Sequence record: PV662128.1
Direction: 5' to 3' (one strand)
Length of the DNA: 64,000 nt
The position numbers were made by a program, and so were the translations under genes. The notes below the pieces were generated by a model. That model made no database searches. It had not been told where the DNA came from and saw nothing but the letters and a program-made list of their open reading frames with translations. Shown here piece by piece: positions 1 through 9,823 of the stretch (position 1 is the first letter of the stretch; each line of letters begins with the position of its first letter).

Positions 1-1049
1 TGAGCAAGCTAGATTCCTTAGTGAAGGTCCCAAATGGGTGGCGTAGAATGGGCGACATCAAGATTAATGATGTAGTCAGTACTCCAGATGGGGGGACTGC
101 TAGAGTCTCTGGTGTTTATCCTCAGGGCGTTAAATCGCTATACCGTGTTACGTTTTATGATGGTCGTACCGCAGATGTTGGGGCAGAACATTACTGGACC
201 GTTTGGGATCCGGGTAAAGGGGATGGTGGGATCTGGCGTACACTCACTACTCTGGAGTGTCAACAACGCATGACCGAGATGAAGAAAGCGCATAACTATC
301 TTTCCGTTCCTTTGGTTCAGCCCGATAATGATCCAGATAAGAAACTTGCCATTCATCCTTATGTTCTAGGCGTGTTGTTGGGAGACGGGGGGATTTCTGG
401 CAGTTCTGTTTTAATAACCAAACCTGACAAAGAACTTTACGATAAAGTCCGCGGCCTCATTCCTGATACTCTGGTCGCTGAATGGCGTGATGAAAAAACA
501 TTCGTCATTAAGCGCAAGCCTGATGTTGAAGAAAAGACCAACGTAATGAAAGAGAACCTTAAAGGCGTTGATCTGATGGGACTTCGGTCCTGGGAGAAAT
601 TTGTTCCTACGGATTATTTAAATGGCTCTTATCGTCAGCGTTTAGAGTTGTTACAAGGCTTACTCGATACCGATGGACACGCAGGCACGGGCGGGAACAT
701 AGAGTATTGTACGACGTCTCCTAAACTCGCTAAAGACTTTGTTTACCTTGCTCGTAGCATCGGTGCTATTTGTAGTTGTAAAGAGCGTCAGACGTATTAT
801 ACCGACAAAGGAGAACGTAAACCTGGTCGGGTTTCTTATCGCATTAGCGTTCGCTATACTAAACCTTGGGAGCTCTTCACATTAAGTCGTAAACGAGATC
901 GTTTAGTTGACAAAACACGAGGGTTAAAATTTAACAGTCGTTTAACCATGCGTTCCATCGAGTATGTGGGGGAAGAAGAGACTCAGTGCATTGAAGTGGA
1001 CCATCCTGATCATCTTTACATCATGGATGATTTCGTCGTCACCCACAAC
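1..1049 (+). mobile_element. Class 3 intein with LAGLIDADG homing endonuclease in terL (N-terminus at or just before the window start)
   Basis: Block B GAEHYW, LAGLIDADG motifs VLGVLLGDGG and LLQGLLDTDG, block F TQCI, block G FVVTHN followed by Thr (codon 1050-1052). Confidence 0.92.
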
Positions 1050-2852
1050 ACGGTTTCTGCTCAGAGCATTATGTTCTGGTTAACTTACCTAACCGGGCAG
1101 TCTTACGAATCCCACTTAATCACCCTGAAAGACGATAACCGTAGTCAGTTCGTAGAGGCGCTAAAGGGTATCCGTAACAATATCCCGAGTTACTTGACCA
1201 ACGTAGGGTGGCGGGATAAGGATAGTGGTAACTCGTTAACCTATAGTGCTTTCGGGGATGATAAGAAGAACATCTTCCGTATTAGCGTGCCGCAAATCGG
1301 TAGAGAGGCGGCTCGTAACGTCGGTCGTGGTTTGACTATCAAAACCCGTATGATTGACGAACCAGCATATATCAACTTCATGGAAGAGATACTTAACGGT
1401 GCAGGTCCTAGTACGCTAACGGCTCGTGCTAACGCCAGAAGAATAGGCGAACCCTATGGGACGGGATTCATTACCACGCCTGCGAGTAAAACGACAGCAA
1501 GCGGCGAATACATGTACAACATGTTGATGGATGCGACTGAGTGGCGGGAAACCTTCTTCGATAGTTTTAACGAGAGTCATCTCTACCAACGTTTGATTAA
1601 AGCGAGTCCTGTGGAGGGAATCACCAGCCCTACAGTAGGCATGGTTTTCAACTACTTGCAGTTGGGTAGGAATAAGGACTGGGTTAAGAAAACCATAGAC
1701 GAGTTAAAACTCAGTTTAGCCGAAGCGAAGATCGACCTGTTGTTAATGTGGGACGATGCCAGTAAAGGTAAACTTTTCGACGACTTAACCCGAGAAGCGT
1801 TAAACGAGGGTAAGAGAGGAATACTCTGGAGTCAGGAAGTAGGGAACACGGGTTTGTTCATCGACTGGTTTATTACACCAGAAGAACACACCCGAATCAT
1901 TACCGGGGATAGTCAAACCTTTTACGTAGTCGGTTGTGATACCTCTGCTGCGCAAAACCGAGACGCCTGTACGGTCGTGATAAGAGACGTCATGGACGGT
2001 AAAGTTATTGGGGTGGGTCGTTATCCAATAGCCTACTTAATGGACGTAGGTGAAGTATTACAGACGATCCTGTTAGAGATTAAGAACAGCTTACTGATCA
2101 TCGAGCGTAACTTCGCGCATCACATGATCGACCAACTGCTCGTTAGTCTTCCTGCATTGGGAATCGATCCCTTTAAACGTATCTTTAATCAGATCGTACA
2201 AGATCCGGTTAAGTACGAAAAAGAAATGATCGAGTTTAAACAACGTAACTTCGCTAACCGGGACAGTCACTTCTATCTGAAATTCAAACATCTGTTTGGA
2301 TTCGTTACCAACGCCAGAACGCGTGATGAGGTATATAGTTTTATCCAAGAAGCGGTAGGAACCACTGGGGATAAAATTTATTATACTAAACTCATCGACG
2401 AACTGGTTAACCTCAAAGAGAAGGGGGGTAGGATTGACCACGAAAACAATAAACACGATGACCTGGTCATCGCTTGGTTGTTGGGATTCTGGTTCTTGAA
2501 ACTGGGTAACAATAAAAGTGAATACGGAATTCCTCCTGGCATTAGTATGAGTAAAATCACGCTTATGCGGGTTGGGGATAGTAGAAACGAAGAAACCAAC
2601 GGTGCGCACAATGAAGCGATGGTTGCGCTCTACCGTCGTAAAGTTGAAGAGCTGAGTGACAGACTTATTAAAACCACCGACAATACCGTAGCTCAAAGGA
2701 TCGAGTACATGATTGACAAGCTCAGTAGCATGATCCCTCAAGATAAGCGTAAGAGTTTGACTATCGACGAAATCGTTAGGAAGGCCAAGGAAGAGAGAAG
2801 CCGTCGAGTATTGGAAGCACGTAAGTTACGCAGTCGTTACGCGTACATGTAA
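1..2852 (+). CDS. terL: Terminase large subunit, 5'-truncated by the window edge, intein-containing
   Basis: Frame is open from base 3. After the intein end (THN/T) come TVSAQS, Walker B-like TRMIDEPAY and RNase H-like nuclease motifs VVGCDTS and HDDLVIAW. Position matches phiKZ-like terminases. Confidence 0.85.
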   Translation, partial: SKLDSLVKVPNGWRRMGDIKINDVVSTPDGGTARVSGVYPQGVKSLYRVTFYDGRTADVGAEHYWTVWDPGKGDGGIWRTLTTLECQQRMTEMKKAHNYLSVPLVQPDNDPDKKLAIHPYVLGVLLGDGGISGSSVLITKPDKELYDKVRGLIPDTLVAEWRDEKTFVIKRKPDVEEKTNVMKENLKGVDLMGLRSWEKFVPTDYLNGSYRQRLELLQGLLDTDGHAGTGGNIEYCTTSPKLAKDFVYLARSIGAICSCKERQTYYTDKGERKPGRVSYRISVRYTKPWELFTLSRKRDRLVDKTRGLKFNSRLTMRSIEYVGEEETQCIEVDHPDHLYIMDDFVVTHNTVSAQSIMFWLTYLTGQSYESHLITLKDDNRSQFVEALKGIRNNIPSYLTNVGWRDKDSGNSLTYSAFGDDKKNIFRISVPQIGREAARNVGRGLTIKTRMIDEPAYINFMEEILNGAGPSTLTARANARRIGEPYGTGFITTPASKTTASGEYMYNMLMDATEWRETFFDSFNESHLYQRLIKASPVEGITSPTVGMVFNYLQLGRNKDWVKKTIDELKLSLAEAKIDLLLMWDDASKGKLFDDLTREALNEGKRGILWSQEVGNTGLFIDWFITPEEHTRIITGDSQTFYVVGCDTSAAQNRDACTVVIRDVMDGKVIGVGRYPIAYLMDVGEVLQTILLEIKNSLLIIERNFAHHMIDQLLVSLPALGIDPFKRIFNQIVQDPVKYEKEMIEFKQRNFANRDSHFYLKFKHLFGFVTNARTRDEVYSFIQEAVGTTGDKIYYTKLIDELVNLKEKGGRIDHENNKHDDLVIAWLLGFWFLKLGNNKSEYGIPPGISMSKITLMRVGDSRNEETNGAHNEAMVALYRRKVEELSDRLIKTTDNTVAQRIEYMIDKLSSMIPQDKRKSLTIDEIVRKAKEERSRRVLEARKLRSRYAYM

Positions 2853-2865
2853 ATTTTTATAAGTC

Positions 2866-2882
2866 TACATTATCATGGTGTA
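2866..2882 (+). promoter_or_regulatory. Recurrent phage promoter-like motif (AAAT-N11-TACATTAT-N6-GTA)
   Basis: Same spaced motif found upstream of eight + strand genes in the window. Confidence 0.55.
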
Positions 2883-2913
2883 AACCTCAAATAAACTTTT
2901 AGGAGTTAACATC

Positions 2914-3129
2914 ATGAACAAATATAATGTTACTTTTATCCGTCACGACGATACCCTGGTCGCTAACGTTCCTTGTGTCAACGAGGAAAAGGATGTGTTA
3001 CTCGGAGGTGGGTTGGTAGATTCTCGTTTAGGTCATCTCGAAGTCGATATCAAAACGGGGACTCTCGTTCTCAGATCCAATTGCGCTAACGATTCACTCA
3101 CGGCGGAATGTCGGCTGCATTACATTTAA
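2914..3129 (+). CDS. Hypothetical protein (71 aa)
   Basis: AGGAG RBS, upstream promoter motif, followed by a hairpin terminator. Confidence 0.7.
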   Translation: MNKYNVTFIRHDDTLVANVPCVNEEKDVLLGGGLVDSRLGHLEVDIKTGTLVLRSNCANDSLTAECRLHYI

Positions 3130-3132
3130 CAC

Positions 3133-3166
3133 TATACCCCTACGGCGTAATCGCCGTAGGGGTATA
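3133..3166. terminator. Bidirectional intrinsic terminator
   Basis: 15-bp stem tatacccctacggcg/cgccgtaggggtata between convergent genes. Confidence 0.8.
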
Positions 3167-3173
3167 ATTTTAT

Positions 3174-3779
3174 TTAGTTTTTAATGTAATCGACCAACGC
3201 TTCAAAATCACCGTCGTAGAAATACGGTTTAATTTTGATTAAAGAACAAGCCGCAGACAGAGCATTTTCGTAACGATGAACGAATCGCTCAAAATACTCT
3301 CGGTTGAGAAGACGGGTTTCTTGATCATCTAAAACCGATCTGGATCCCGCTCTTTGTAAAAACGTATCGTGATTGATTTTTACAAAGATAAGTTTATCGG
3401 GGTACATTTGGGTGTTGAATATTTTTAAAGCCTTTACGTTGCGTTCTATAACACTGTAAAGACCTATTCGACCATTACCCTGATAAACCGCAGTAGAAAT
3501 AAAACAGCGATCGGAGATAACTGTCTTCCCTTGATTTAAAGCAGGAACAACAACTTTATCTCCTAACTCTATTCTCTGAGCAATAGCGAGATAAAGTTTT
3601 GCTTCTTCACAAATCCCGTTATCGATAATGAGATTACGGATGGTTAACAAAGAGTCTGGAGACTTAGCCGGTTCTTCTACCTGAAGAATATCGTAGCTAT
3701 CTGCTTTCAATCTCTCCGTTAGTTGTTTGGTTAAAGTTGACTTACCCGCTAAGTCCATGCCTTCGAGAACAATGTACAT
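3174..3779 (-). CDS. tmk: Thymidylate (dTMP) kinase
   Basis: P-loop YIVLEGMDLAGKST, EEP motif, ISDRCFISTAVYQG. Confidence 0.92.
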   Translation of the reverse strand: MYIVLEGMDLAGKSTLTKQLTERLKADSYDILQVEEPAKSPDSLLTIRNLIIDNGICEEAKLYLAIAQRIELGDKVVVPALNQGKTVISDRCFISTAVYQGNGRIGLYSVIERNVKALKIFNTQMYPDKLIFVKINHDTFLQRAGSRSVLDDQETRLLNREYFERFVHRYENALSAACSLIKIKPYFYDGDFEALVDYIKN

Positions 3780-3849
3780 AGTGAATTTCTCCTGTAGATT
3801 TTTATCACTATAACTTATTTATAACCGTTTTAATTTAGGAGTTAGTATC

Positions 3850-4215
3850 ATGACCGAAGAAGAGTTTGATGATGAAGTCGAACAAACAGCGAATCTTCAT
3901 AACCTCACAATTCCTTATGCCGAATATATCGTTATTAAAAAACTAGTTGGCCCTGAGTTAACATTTGGATTACTTCAGCATCTCGAACATCGGAACGTCC
4001 TTCATACCAAAGAAATAAAAAGTTTAAAATTATACATCTTCGATTATTACAACAATCTTAAACCGGGGATGGTTTTCGCTTATAATCAAGAAGAAGCGAT
4101 CGCCATGATCAAAGAAGCGGGAATTACGGGTCAACCAGATAAGTTCTATTCTTCGGTTAAAGAGATTGAAATTCCTGTCGATCCTATTTATATTCGTTAC
4201 GCCGCTGGAGAATAA
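3850..4215 (+). CDS. Hypothetical protein
   Basis: AGGAG RBS; first gene of a tightly packed + strand run. Confidence 0.7.
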   Translation: MTEEEFDDEVEQTANLHNLTIPYAEYIVIKKLVGPELTFGLLQHLEHRNVLHTKEIKSLKLYIFDYYNNLKPGMVFAYNQEEAIAMIKEAGITGQPDKFYSSVKEIEIPVDPIYIRYAAGE

Positions 4216-4218
4216 ATA

Positions 4219-4665
4219 ATGTCCAATTCACAATATTCCATTTATGGTTTAAATAATATCTCCGGTGGTATTCGACGCGGAGAAACGATGGTGATAGGGG
4301 TACATACATCGTCTAAAACTTCCATGCTGAATCAGGTCATTGACGATATCATTCTGAATTGTGGATCAAATAACGTCATGTCGGATGAAGAGGCTTTAAC
4401 CCAGATCGATAAGCTGAAGAAATTTATTGCTCTTAAGCCTGTTGATTTTGTTAGCGTTACCGCGCTCAATCTTTGCGTTCAACGTAGTGACGACACCGAT
4501 GTACTGATCAGTTTTAAGAAAATGATTGAGTCAGGCAATAGTGTTCGGGTAGACGTTATTAAGTCAAGACACGAAGTGGGTTCCGATGAGGGTGCCCCTG
4601 AAATTTTTCCTCCTCACCCAGGGTATGAACCGCTGTTTTTAATGGGTCCAGAAACCGGAGAATAA
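4219..4665 (+). CDS. Hypothetical protein resembling a degenerate DnaB/RecA-type ATPase fragment
   Basis: GLNNISGGIRRGETMVIG..SSKTS resembles the DnaB pre-Walker A segment; C-terminal VDVIKSRH resembles the DnaB arginine-finger strand. Confidence 0.55.
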   Translation: MSNSQYSIYGLNNISGGIRRGETMVIGVHTSSKTSMLNQVIDDIILNCGSNNVMSDEEALTQIDKLKKFIALKPVDFVSVTALNLCVQRSDDTDVLISFKKMIESGNSVRVDVIKSRHEVGSDEGAPEIFPPHPGYEPLFLMGPETGE

Positions 4666-4668
4666 AAA

Positions 4669-5436
4669 ATGGGAAAGAAAAAAGAACCATCTTTATCTGA
4701 ATCAGACTTGCCTGAAAATACGCTAAGAACTCCGTTTGATCTTGTCGACGATTATCAAGAAAATGGGGGTGTAAACGGAATGCCTCCAAAACTCATCCCT
4801 CCAGCCTCTGATGTCATGTGGATCAATCTTGTAGATCCAGAAACTGGAGAACCTATTAAGAGAGAAAATCTCGTTAAAGCAATGCAAGACATCGATCTGG
4901 AAGAGACGTATCCGGGCACTCGTAAAACAAATCCTGAGTTATATTCAGAGCCGTTCGTTGCCGATTATCGCAAGATGTATCCGATCAAACCCACTTCATT
5001 AGAAGAAACAATGGAGGAAGCGGTGGCTAGAGTGATTGACGAACACCGAGGTATTTCAGAAGGGGTTTTAAAATCAGGCATGTCTGGAGTAAATGAAGGG
5101 AGGGGTGGTTTGCTAGGCGCTGATTTTGACGCCGACAGTTTCTATCCCGAAGATCAGTATTTTCTTCGGTTGCGTAATCTGAAATCTTCTTTAATCACGG
5201 CAGACAAATGGTTCTTCTATCGCCATCACCAATTCCACAACATTCATCACAAACGTCGTAGAGCACACTTCGATGAAATCAGTCTTATGCTGATTCGTTT
5301 TAACTGGGTTCAGTACAAAGAAGCGCTGCATAAGAAGAAATATCATATCTTCGATAAGACCCCTCGGGCTAAGGCTGAACGTTTAAGTGCTAAACGTTCC
5401 AGAGAAAAGATTAAATCAACTTTGATGATTAGCTGA
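4669..5436 (+). CDS. Hypothetical protein with basic C-terminus
   Basis: Packed operon, GGAG RBS. Confidence 0.7.
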   Translation: MGKKKEPSLSESDLPENTLRTPFDLVDDYQENGGVNGMPPKLIPPASDVMWINLVDPETGEPIKRENLVKAMQDIDLEETYPGTRKTNPELYSEPFVADYRKMYPIKPTSLEETMEEAVARVIDEHRGISEGVLKSGMSGVNEGRGGLLGADFDADSFYPEDQYFLRLRNLKSSLITADKWFFYRHHQFHNIHHKRRRAHFDEISLMLIRFNWVQYKEALHKKKYHIFDKTPRAKAERLSAKRSREKIKSTLMIS

Positions 5437-5446
5437 GGTTATAAGC

Positions 5447-5746
5447 ATGGAGATCCCATTAGTAAGTTCGGGAATTGAGATACACGACAAGTATTACGAG
5501 ATAATCAGATATGGGTTTAACGAGTGTTTAAACGGGTTGGATGACGAAAACAATCAAGCCAATTACAAAGATTATCATGACAATATTTTTACGGTATCCC
5601 GATTGAGACCTAACAATAGCTCTAACTTTATTTATTCTTTCCGGGTAGGAGAGCGGACCCTGTTAACAGGGGTAACGGACCCGGGTACGGTGGACCTAAC
5701 GGAATACCGTAATCTTTTTAGGTTCATTAAAATCAAAGGTTATTAA
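5447..5746 (+). CDS. Hypothetical protein
   Basis: Packed operon, GAGG RBS. Confidence 0.65.
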   Translation: MEIPLVSSGIEIHDKYYEIIRYGFNECLNGLDDENNQANYKDYHDNIFTVSRLRPNNSSNFIYSFRVGERTLLTGVTDPGTVDLTEYRNLFRFIKIKGY

Positions 5747-5748
5747 TT

Positions 5749-6192
5749 ATGACTGAAAAAACTGTTTATAAATCCGGTTATTTTCCGATCAAAATCGAAG
5801 GTTGCTCTTCCGAGGAACTCGCCGATGTAAATAGTCAGTTCCTCACTCGACTTAAAGAACTTCGTAAAAACTATCTCCCTGGAGACAAGGAGATCGATAT
5901 TATCGATGATATTTTAAACGAAAAACCGATAACCGGTAACGATGTGTTCTTTTCTCTATCGTTTAAATATGATGACTGGGAAACCCTTTTTCCTATTGAA
6001 TCAATTCCCGGACCTTATGAAATTAAAATTATTAATTTGATCATCTTTCCATGGTCATGGATAAGAAGAGGTCATAAAGCCAGAAATGATGTTGATCGTG
6101 AAATTAAAAGATTGAAGAAACACTTCTTTCGTATTTATAAACACAATCTTCATAAGCGGTCTAAGTTTTATAAATTGAGGAAGATCAAATGA
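5749..6192 (+). CDS. Hypothetical protein
   Basis: Packed operon. Confidence 0.65.
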   Translation: MTEKTVYKSGYFPIKIEGCSSEELADVNSQFLTRLKELRKNYLPGDKEIDIIDDILNEKPITGNDVFFSLSFKYDDWETLFPIESIPGPYEIKIINLIIFPWSWIRRGHKARNDVDREIKRLKKHFFRIYKHNLHKRSKFYKLRKIK

Positions 6193-6509
6193 GATCTTTT
6201 ACACAACCCCTCATGATACATCGTTATCCTAGTGTCGATAAGTTCATAAGAGAACCTGGTAACAAAGCCCTGTTGTTATTGAGCCTCTTCAACTTAGAGA
6301 TCAAAATCAAGAACGCAGAGCTCAGGGCTGTCAGTAATCCCTTTCCAGGAGACACCTGGTTTACTGAGGAAGTCGGTAGCGATAAAATTCTCTTAGTAGT
6401 CCGAGTTAACCTCGGTACGGGGGAGCGCTACTACCAGCTTAATAATCTGGAATGGGTGGTTTGTACTAACTCTCTCACCGTGAGAGAACTCACTTTACTT
6501 TTAGGATAA
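6189..6509 (+). CDS. Hypothetical protein
   Basis: ATGA overlap with the upstream gene. Confidence 0.65.
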   Translation: MRSFTQPLMIHRYPSVDKFIREPGNKALLLLSLFNLEIKIKNAELRAVSNPFPGDTWFTEEVGSDKILLVVRVNLGTGERYYQLNNLEWVVCTNSLTVRELTLLLG

Positions 6510-6514
6510 TCGTT

Positions 6515-7021
6515 ATGAACGATATTAAAGTTACCGATCAAACAGAACAACGCGTCATTGACAAAGCACACGTTTATAACAAGCTCATCAACGAAACTGA
6601 TTTCGGAGATGGTAAAATCAAAACGCTTCACGAAGCTATCGTCCAACGCTTGCTCTGTGAAGCAGAGGAACTTGGTCTGAATATCGATCAAGAGCCGTTT
6701 GCTTCTCTGGGGAATCGCCAATTCACATTCTACCGCGTCCCGGAAGACGCTCATCTCATTCCATGGCATAACCATGTTTTCAACATCTGTCAAGTGGAAG
6801 ACAAACTTCAGGCACGTGACGCTAAAATCGTCGCGATGACACTGAACGGGTTTGACTACCAGATCGAGGTTGATTCGGAACGAGGAACTCGTACCTACTA
6901 CCTTAACGGTCAACGTATTTGTGATTGCACCGGTACTCCGACGTTACAAGATTTCAAAGATCTCTTCTCCGAAGAACGTCGTCGTTATCTCCAACAATTA
7001 GAGCAGACCCTTCGGGGTTAG
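6515..7021 (+). CDS. Hypothetical protein
   Basis: AGGA RBS, packed operon. Confidence 0.7.
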   Translation: MNDIKVTDQTEQRVIDKAHVYNKLINETDFGDGKIKTLHEAIVQRLLCEAEELGLNIDQEPFASLGNRQFTFYRVPEDAHLIPWHNHVFNICQVEDKLQARDAKIVAMTLNGFDYQIEVDSERGTRTYYLNGQRICDCTGTPTLQDFKDLFSEERRRYLQQLEQTLRG

Positions 7022-7029
7022 GAGTGAAC

Positions 7030-7521
7030 ATGGATAAGAAAGGTCAAGGTTCTCTTTACGGCAAAATTATTTGTACCGGTTTCAATATCGATAAAACTAC
7101 AGAAGAAGGGTTTGATCTCCTCAGTCTCGTATGGGGAAGAACACCCGGTGAACTTTCGAACTCTGAAATACCTGGGGTGTATTTAGAGCCATTCTCGCTC
7201 AAAGTAGAGAGAGTGGAGCTGAAGATGGCCGAAGAAATATTCGGTGCCGGATGTACGGTAAACTATTCGGGTATAGCGGAAGATCACAAAAGCCACGTTT
7301 ATCATGTCCGAGCGGAGACCTATGGAAGGGGACACTGTCACTTCGGATTAATTTATAATCACGAAACTGAGAAACTTCATTTCATTGAACGCAGTGATAT
7401 TGACATCAAAGAAAGTGAGGGGCTTCAACACGCAACTATTGAAAAACTCATACTTTCTTACGACGTGGTAAAATTCGAAGGCAGTCCGCAAGAATATATC
7501 GAGTTTATGAAAACCCGTTAA
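7030..7521 (+). CDS. Hypothetical protein (start moved to ATG 7030)
   Basis: AGGAG RBS before ATG 7030, in frame with the track ORF 6925..7521. Confidence 0.7.
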   Translation: MDKKGQGSLYGKIICTGFNIDKTTEEGFDLLSLVWGRTPGELSNSEIPGVYLEPFSLKVERVELKMAEEIFGAGCTVNYSGIAEDHKSHVYHVRAETYGRGHCHFGLIYNHETEKLHFIERSDIDIKESEGLQHATIEKLILSYDVVKFEGSPQEYIEFMKTR

Positions 7522-7528
7522 AACCAAC

Positions 7529-7563
7529 TATACTCTCCTCCCCGATAAGGGGAGGAGAGTATA
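7529..7563. terminator. Intrinsic terminator, TACTC-family palindrome
   Basis: tatactctcctcccc/ggggaggagagtata stem followed by a T tract. Confidence 0.8.
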
Positions 7564-7600
7564 ACTTATTTTTTTTTTCACATGCAGATAAACTAAAATC

Positions 7601-7615
7601 TATATTATTTCAGTA
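7601..7615 (+). promoter_or_regulatory. Promoter-like motif (CATGCAGATAA-N9-TATATTAT)
   Basis: The 11-mer catgcagataa lies 20 nt before the octamer here and at 28111. Confidence 0.5.
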
Positions 7616-7641
7616 TGAATACCTTAATTAAGGATTTAAAA

Positions 7642-8262
7642 ATGAAAATTGTTTTGGCTTTTGATATGGATGATACCTTAGTTAATACACGTAAAGAGAT
7701 TTATAAATTAGCTATTCTTCATTGCGTGACTAACGGTTTAAATGATCTCTTTCCTAAATTTGTAAATGCTCTTTGGTCAGGGGTAGCCGTTAGTGAGTTA
7801 AGCACTGAGATGAAAGAAATAATCGATAAAGAAGTTATTGCTAAAAGGGTGTATCTGGATTCGGCAGAGCGTTCATATTTTTGTAGTGATGAATTGGTGA
7901 GTCTTTTAAAGGATGTCAGGAACGCAGACAATGAGGTTAAAATTGTTATTTGTTCACATAGAGGAAATAACAAAGAAGCTTTCATGAGCACATATCGGTG
8001 GTTGGAAAATAAAGGACTTTTAGATTATTTCGATATGATCCACAGTATCGATAACCGGGTCCACAAAGATAAAATAAAATTTCTTAAAGCGACTTATCCT
8101 GATCACCGCATACTTTTAGTCGACGATAATCCTTATAGCGATGATAAAGAGAGTGTGATCATTTACGATAAGATTAATAAAAATAAGAAATACGAGGGAT
8201 TTGAAATTTGTAACAATCCTAATGATATTTTGCTCCGATTATTTGGATATAAAACAATTTAG
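7642..8262 (+). CDS. HAD-superfamily phosphatase/nucleotidase
   Basis: Motif I AFDMDDTL, motif II ICSHR, motif IV LLVDDNP; AAGGA RBS before ATG 7642. Confidence 0.8.
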   Translation: MKIVLAFDMDDTLVNTRKEIYKLAILHCVTNGLNDLFPKFVNALWSGVAVSELSTEMKEIIDKEVIAKRVYLDSAERSYFCSDELVSLLKDVRNADNEVKIVICSHRGNNKEAFMSTYRWLENKGLLDYFDMIHSIDNRVHKDKIKFLKATYPDHRILLVDDNPYSDDKESVIIYDKINKNKKYEGFEICNNPNDILLRLFGYKTI

Positions 8263-8276
8263 ATTAAAATCAAATA

Positions 8277-8309
8277 TATCTCTACTCTCCTCGTCGGAGA
8301 GTAGAGATA
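8277..8309. terminator. Bidirectional terminator
   Basis: tatctctactctcc/ggagagtagagata stem between convergent genes. Confidence 0.75.
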
Positions 8310-8324
8310 ATTATTTTTTTTTTC

Positions 8325-9815
8325 TTACCGGTAGGCGTCTTTAGTCAGCGTTCGTAAAACGATATACAACATCAGACTCGTTCTTAATGAACTTACCGTA
8401 ATACGGGTTTTTATCCCCGTCAGTTGTCTGACGATGTCGTCGCCTTCATCTCGCATCTTAAAGACGCTTTGGTTTTGACTACGACTACTGAGATACGCAC
8501 CACGCATTCGACGTAAGACTTCTCTCAGGTCGTTAGCTCGAATACTGTTTTCCGTTAAGTATTCGAACAAGTGAGTAGTAACCTCATCGACGAACTCTTT
8601 ATACTTCGTTCCTTTAGGCGAGTTATACTGATCGGGGAATACCCGGATAATTCGTTCCAGTTTATCCCTGGGTGAGTTGTCAATGGCTTCCGCAGCATAA
8701 CCTACCAACTCGTCCTTGTAGAACCCTGTAGACGAACTGAGGACGTTTTGGATGTAGTTTTTATACTGAGTAACGTTCTTCGTCACCTCTCGTACACTCA
8801 CTCCATCTTCCAGCGTGACCATCCCGCCGTCCAATCTGACGATATTCGTTTTCGATTTCACTTCATGGAAAACTTTGTTAATGTCGTTGATCACGCCTCT
8901 GAGTCGATCCTGGATATCACCGACCATGTAAATGATTTTCTTGTCATCGTCCATGGTAGTAAACGTTTTATAGTGAATCCCAGTTTTGGGATCTAAAATA
9001 AACTCAGCCCTGGCTCGGATTAACGCCATCCAACTACCGTAGCGTTTGATGTCATAACGCATGCTTAAACGGTTATAGGTTTCCATAGCGATCTCTTTCT
9101 TCGCCAGGTACTTATAATCGTTTGCCATAATACTTGTCAAACATTTGTAATGATACATCGCTAAGATGTTAACCATCGCATTGTGTTTAACACGATCATG
9201 GAGATCGCTATGAAACGTCCGGTATAACAAATAAACAATGCTCAGGTTGAACACGTCACCGGTAACTTTCCAGGTCGCATTGATCAGTTTACAGGCGTGG
9301 AGGTTTTCTCGTAATTCTTCTTCGTCGACATCGAAGATTTCAGCAAACCAGCGGTTTCTGTCTTCTGATGTGAAAACGATTCGGTGGATACCCAAATAGG
9401 GATTACCAAAGAATTCCACATACTGTTCGTTCTTGGTGGTAAATCCAATGACATACCGAGTAAGTCTGTCGGCCCAACGGTTATCGATTTCTAAATCGTG
9501 TCCGAATGCGTTAAACACACCGAGTATCGCGTGATCGGTATTGAAATTGTAATTGGGCAGCAGAGCTTCAAAACCAGATATCCCAAATGTTTTTTGAAGG
9601 AGTTTCTCGATTCCCTTGTCGGGTGTAATCTCCTCGAACATTTTGACTTCGGGTTCGGCGTCATACATCCCGTCTTCGACCAACATCGGATCCCCGCTTA
9701 AAATCCCGCTAGGATCAAATACGGGCAATCCAGAAAGTTTATCGAACCATTGGCGGTCGTCGTTCTGAAAATAGCTCTCAGAGCCATTGAGACGATCTGC
9801 GTACTGATTAAACAT
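8325..9815 (-). CDS. Conserved phiKZ-like protein, probably virion-associated
   Basis: Long ORF; the segment GFTTKNEQYVEFFGNPYLGIHRIVF resembles a conserved chimallivirus core protein (recalled, not searched). Confidence 0.6.
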   Translation of the reverse strand: MFNQYADRLNGSESYFQNDDRQWFDKLSGLPVFDPSGILSGDPMLVEDGMYDAEPEVKMFEEITPDKGIEKLLQKTFGISGFEALLPNYNFNTDHAILGVFNAFGHDLEIDNRWADRLTRYVIGFTTKNEQYVEFFGNPYLGIHRIVFTSEDRNRWFAEIFDVDEEELRENLHACKLINATWKVTGDVFNLSIVYLLYRTFHSDLHDRVKHNAMVNILAMYHYKCLTSIMANDYKYLAKKEIAMETYNRLSMRYDIKRYGSWMALIRARAEFILDPKTGIHYKTFTTMDDDKKIIYMVGDIQDRLRGVINDINKVFHEVKSKTNIVRLDGGMVTLEDGVSVREVTKNVTQYKNYIQNVLSSSTGFYKDELVGYAAEAIDNSPRDKLERIIRVFPDQYNSPKGTKYKEFVDEVTTHLFEYLTENSIRANDLREVLRRMRGAYLSSRSQNQSVFKMRDEGDDIVRQLTGIKTRITVSSLRTSLMLYIVLRTLTKDAYR

Positions 9816-9823
9816 ATCGTCTC

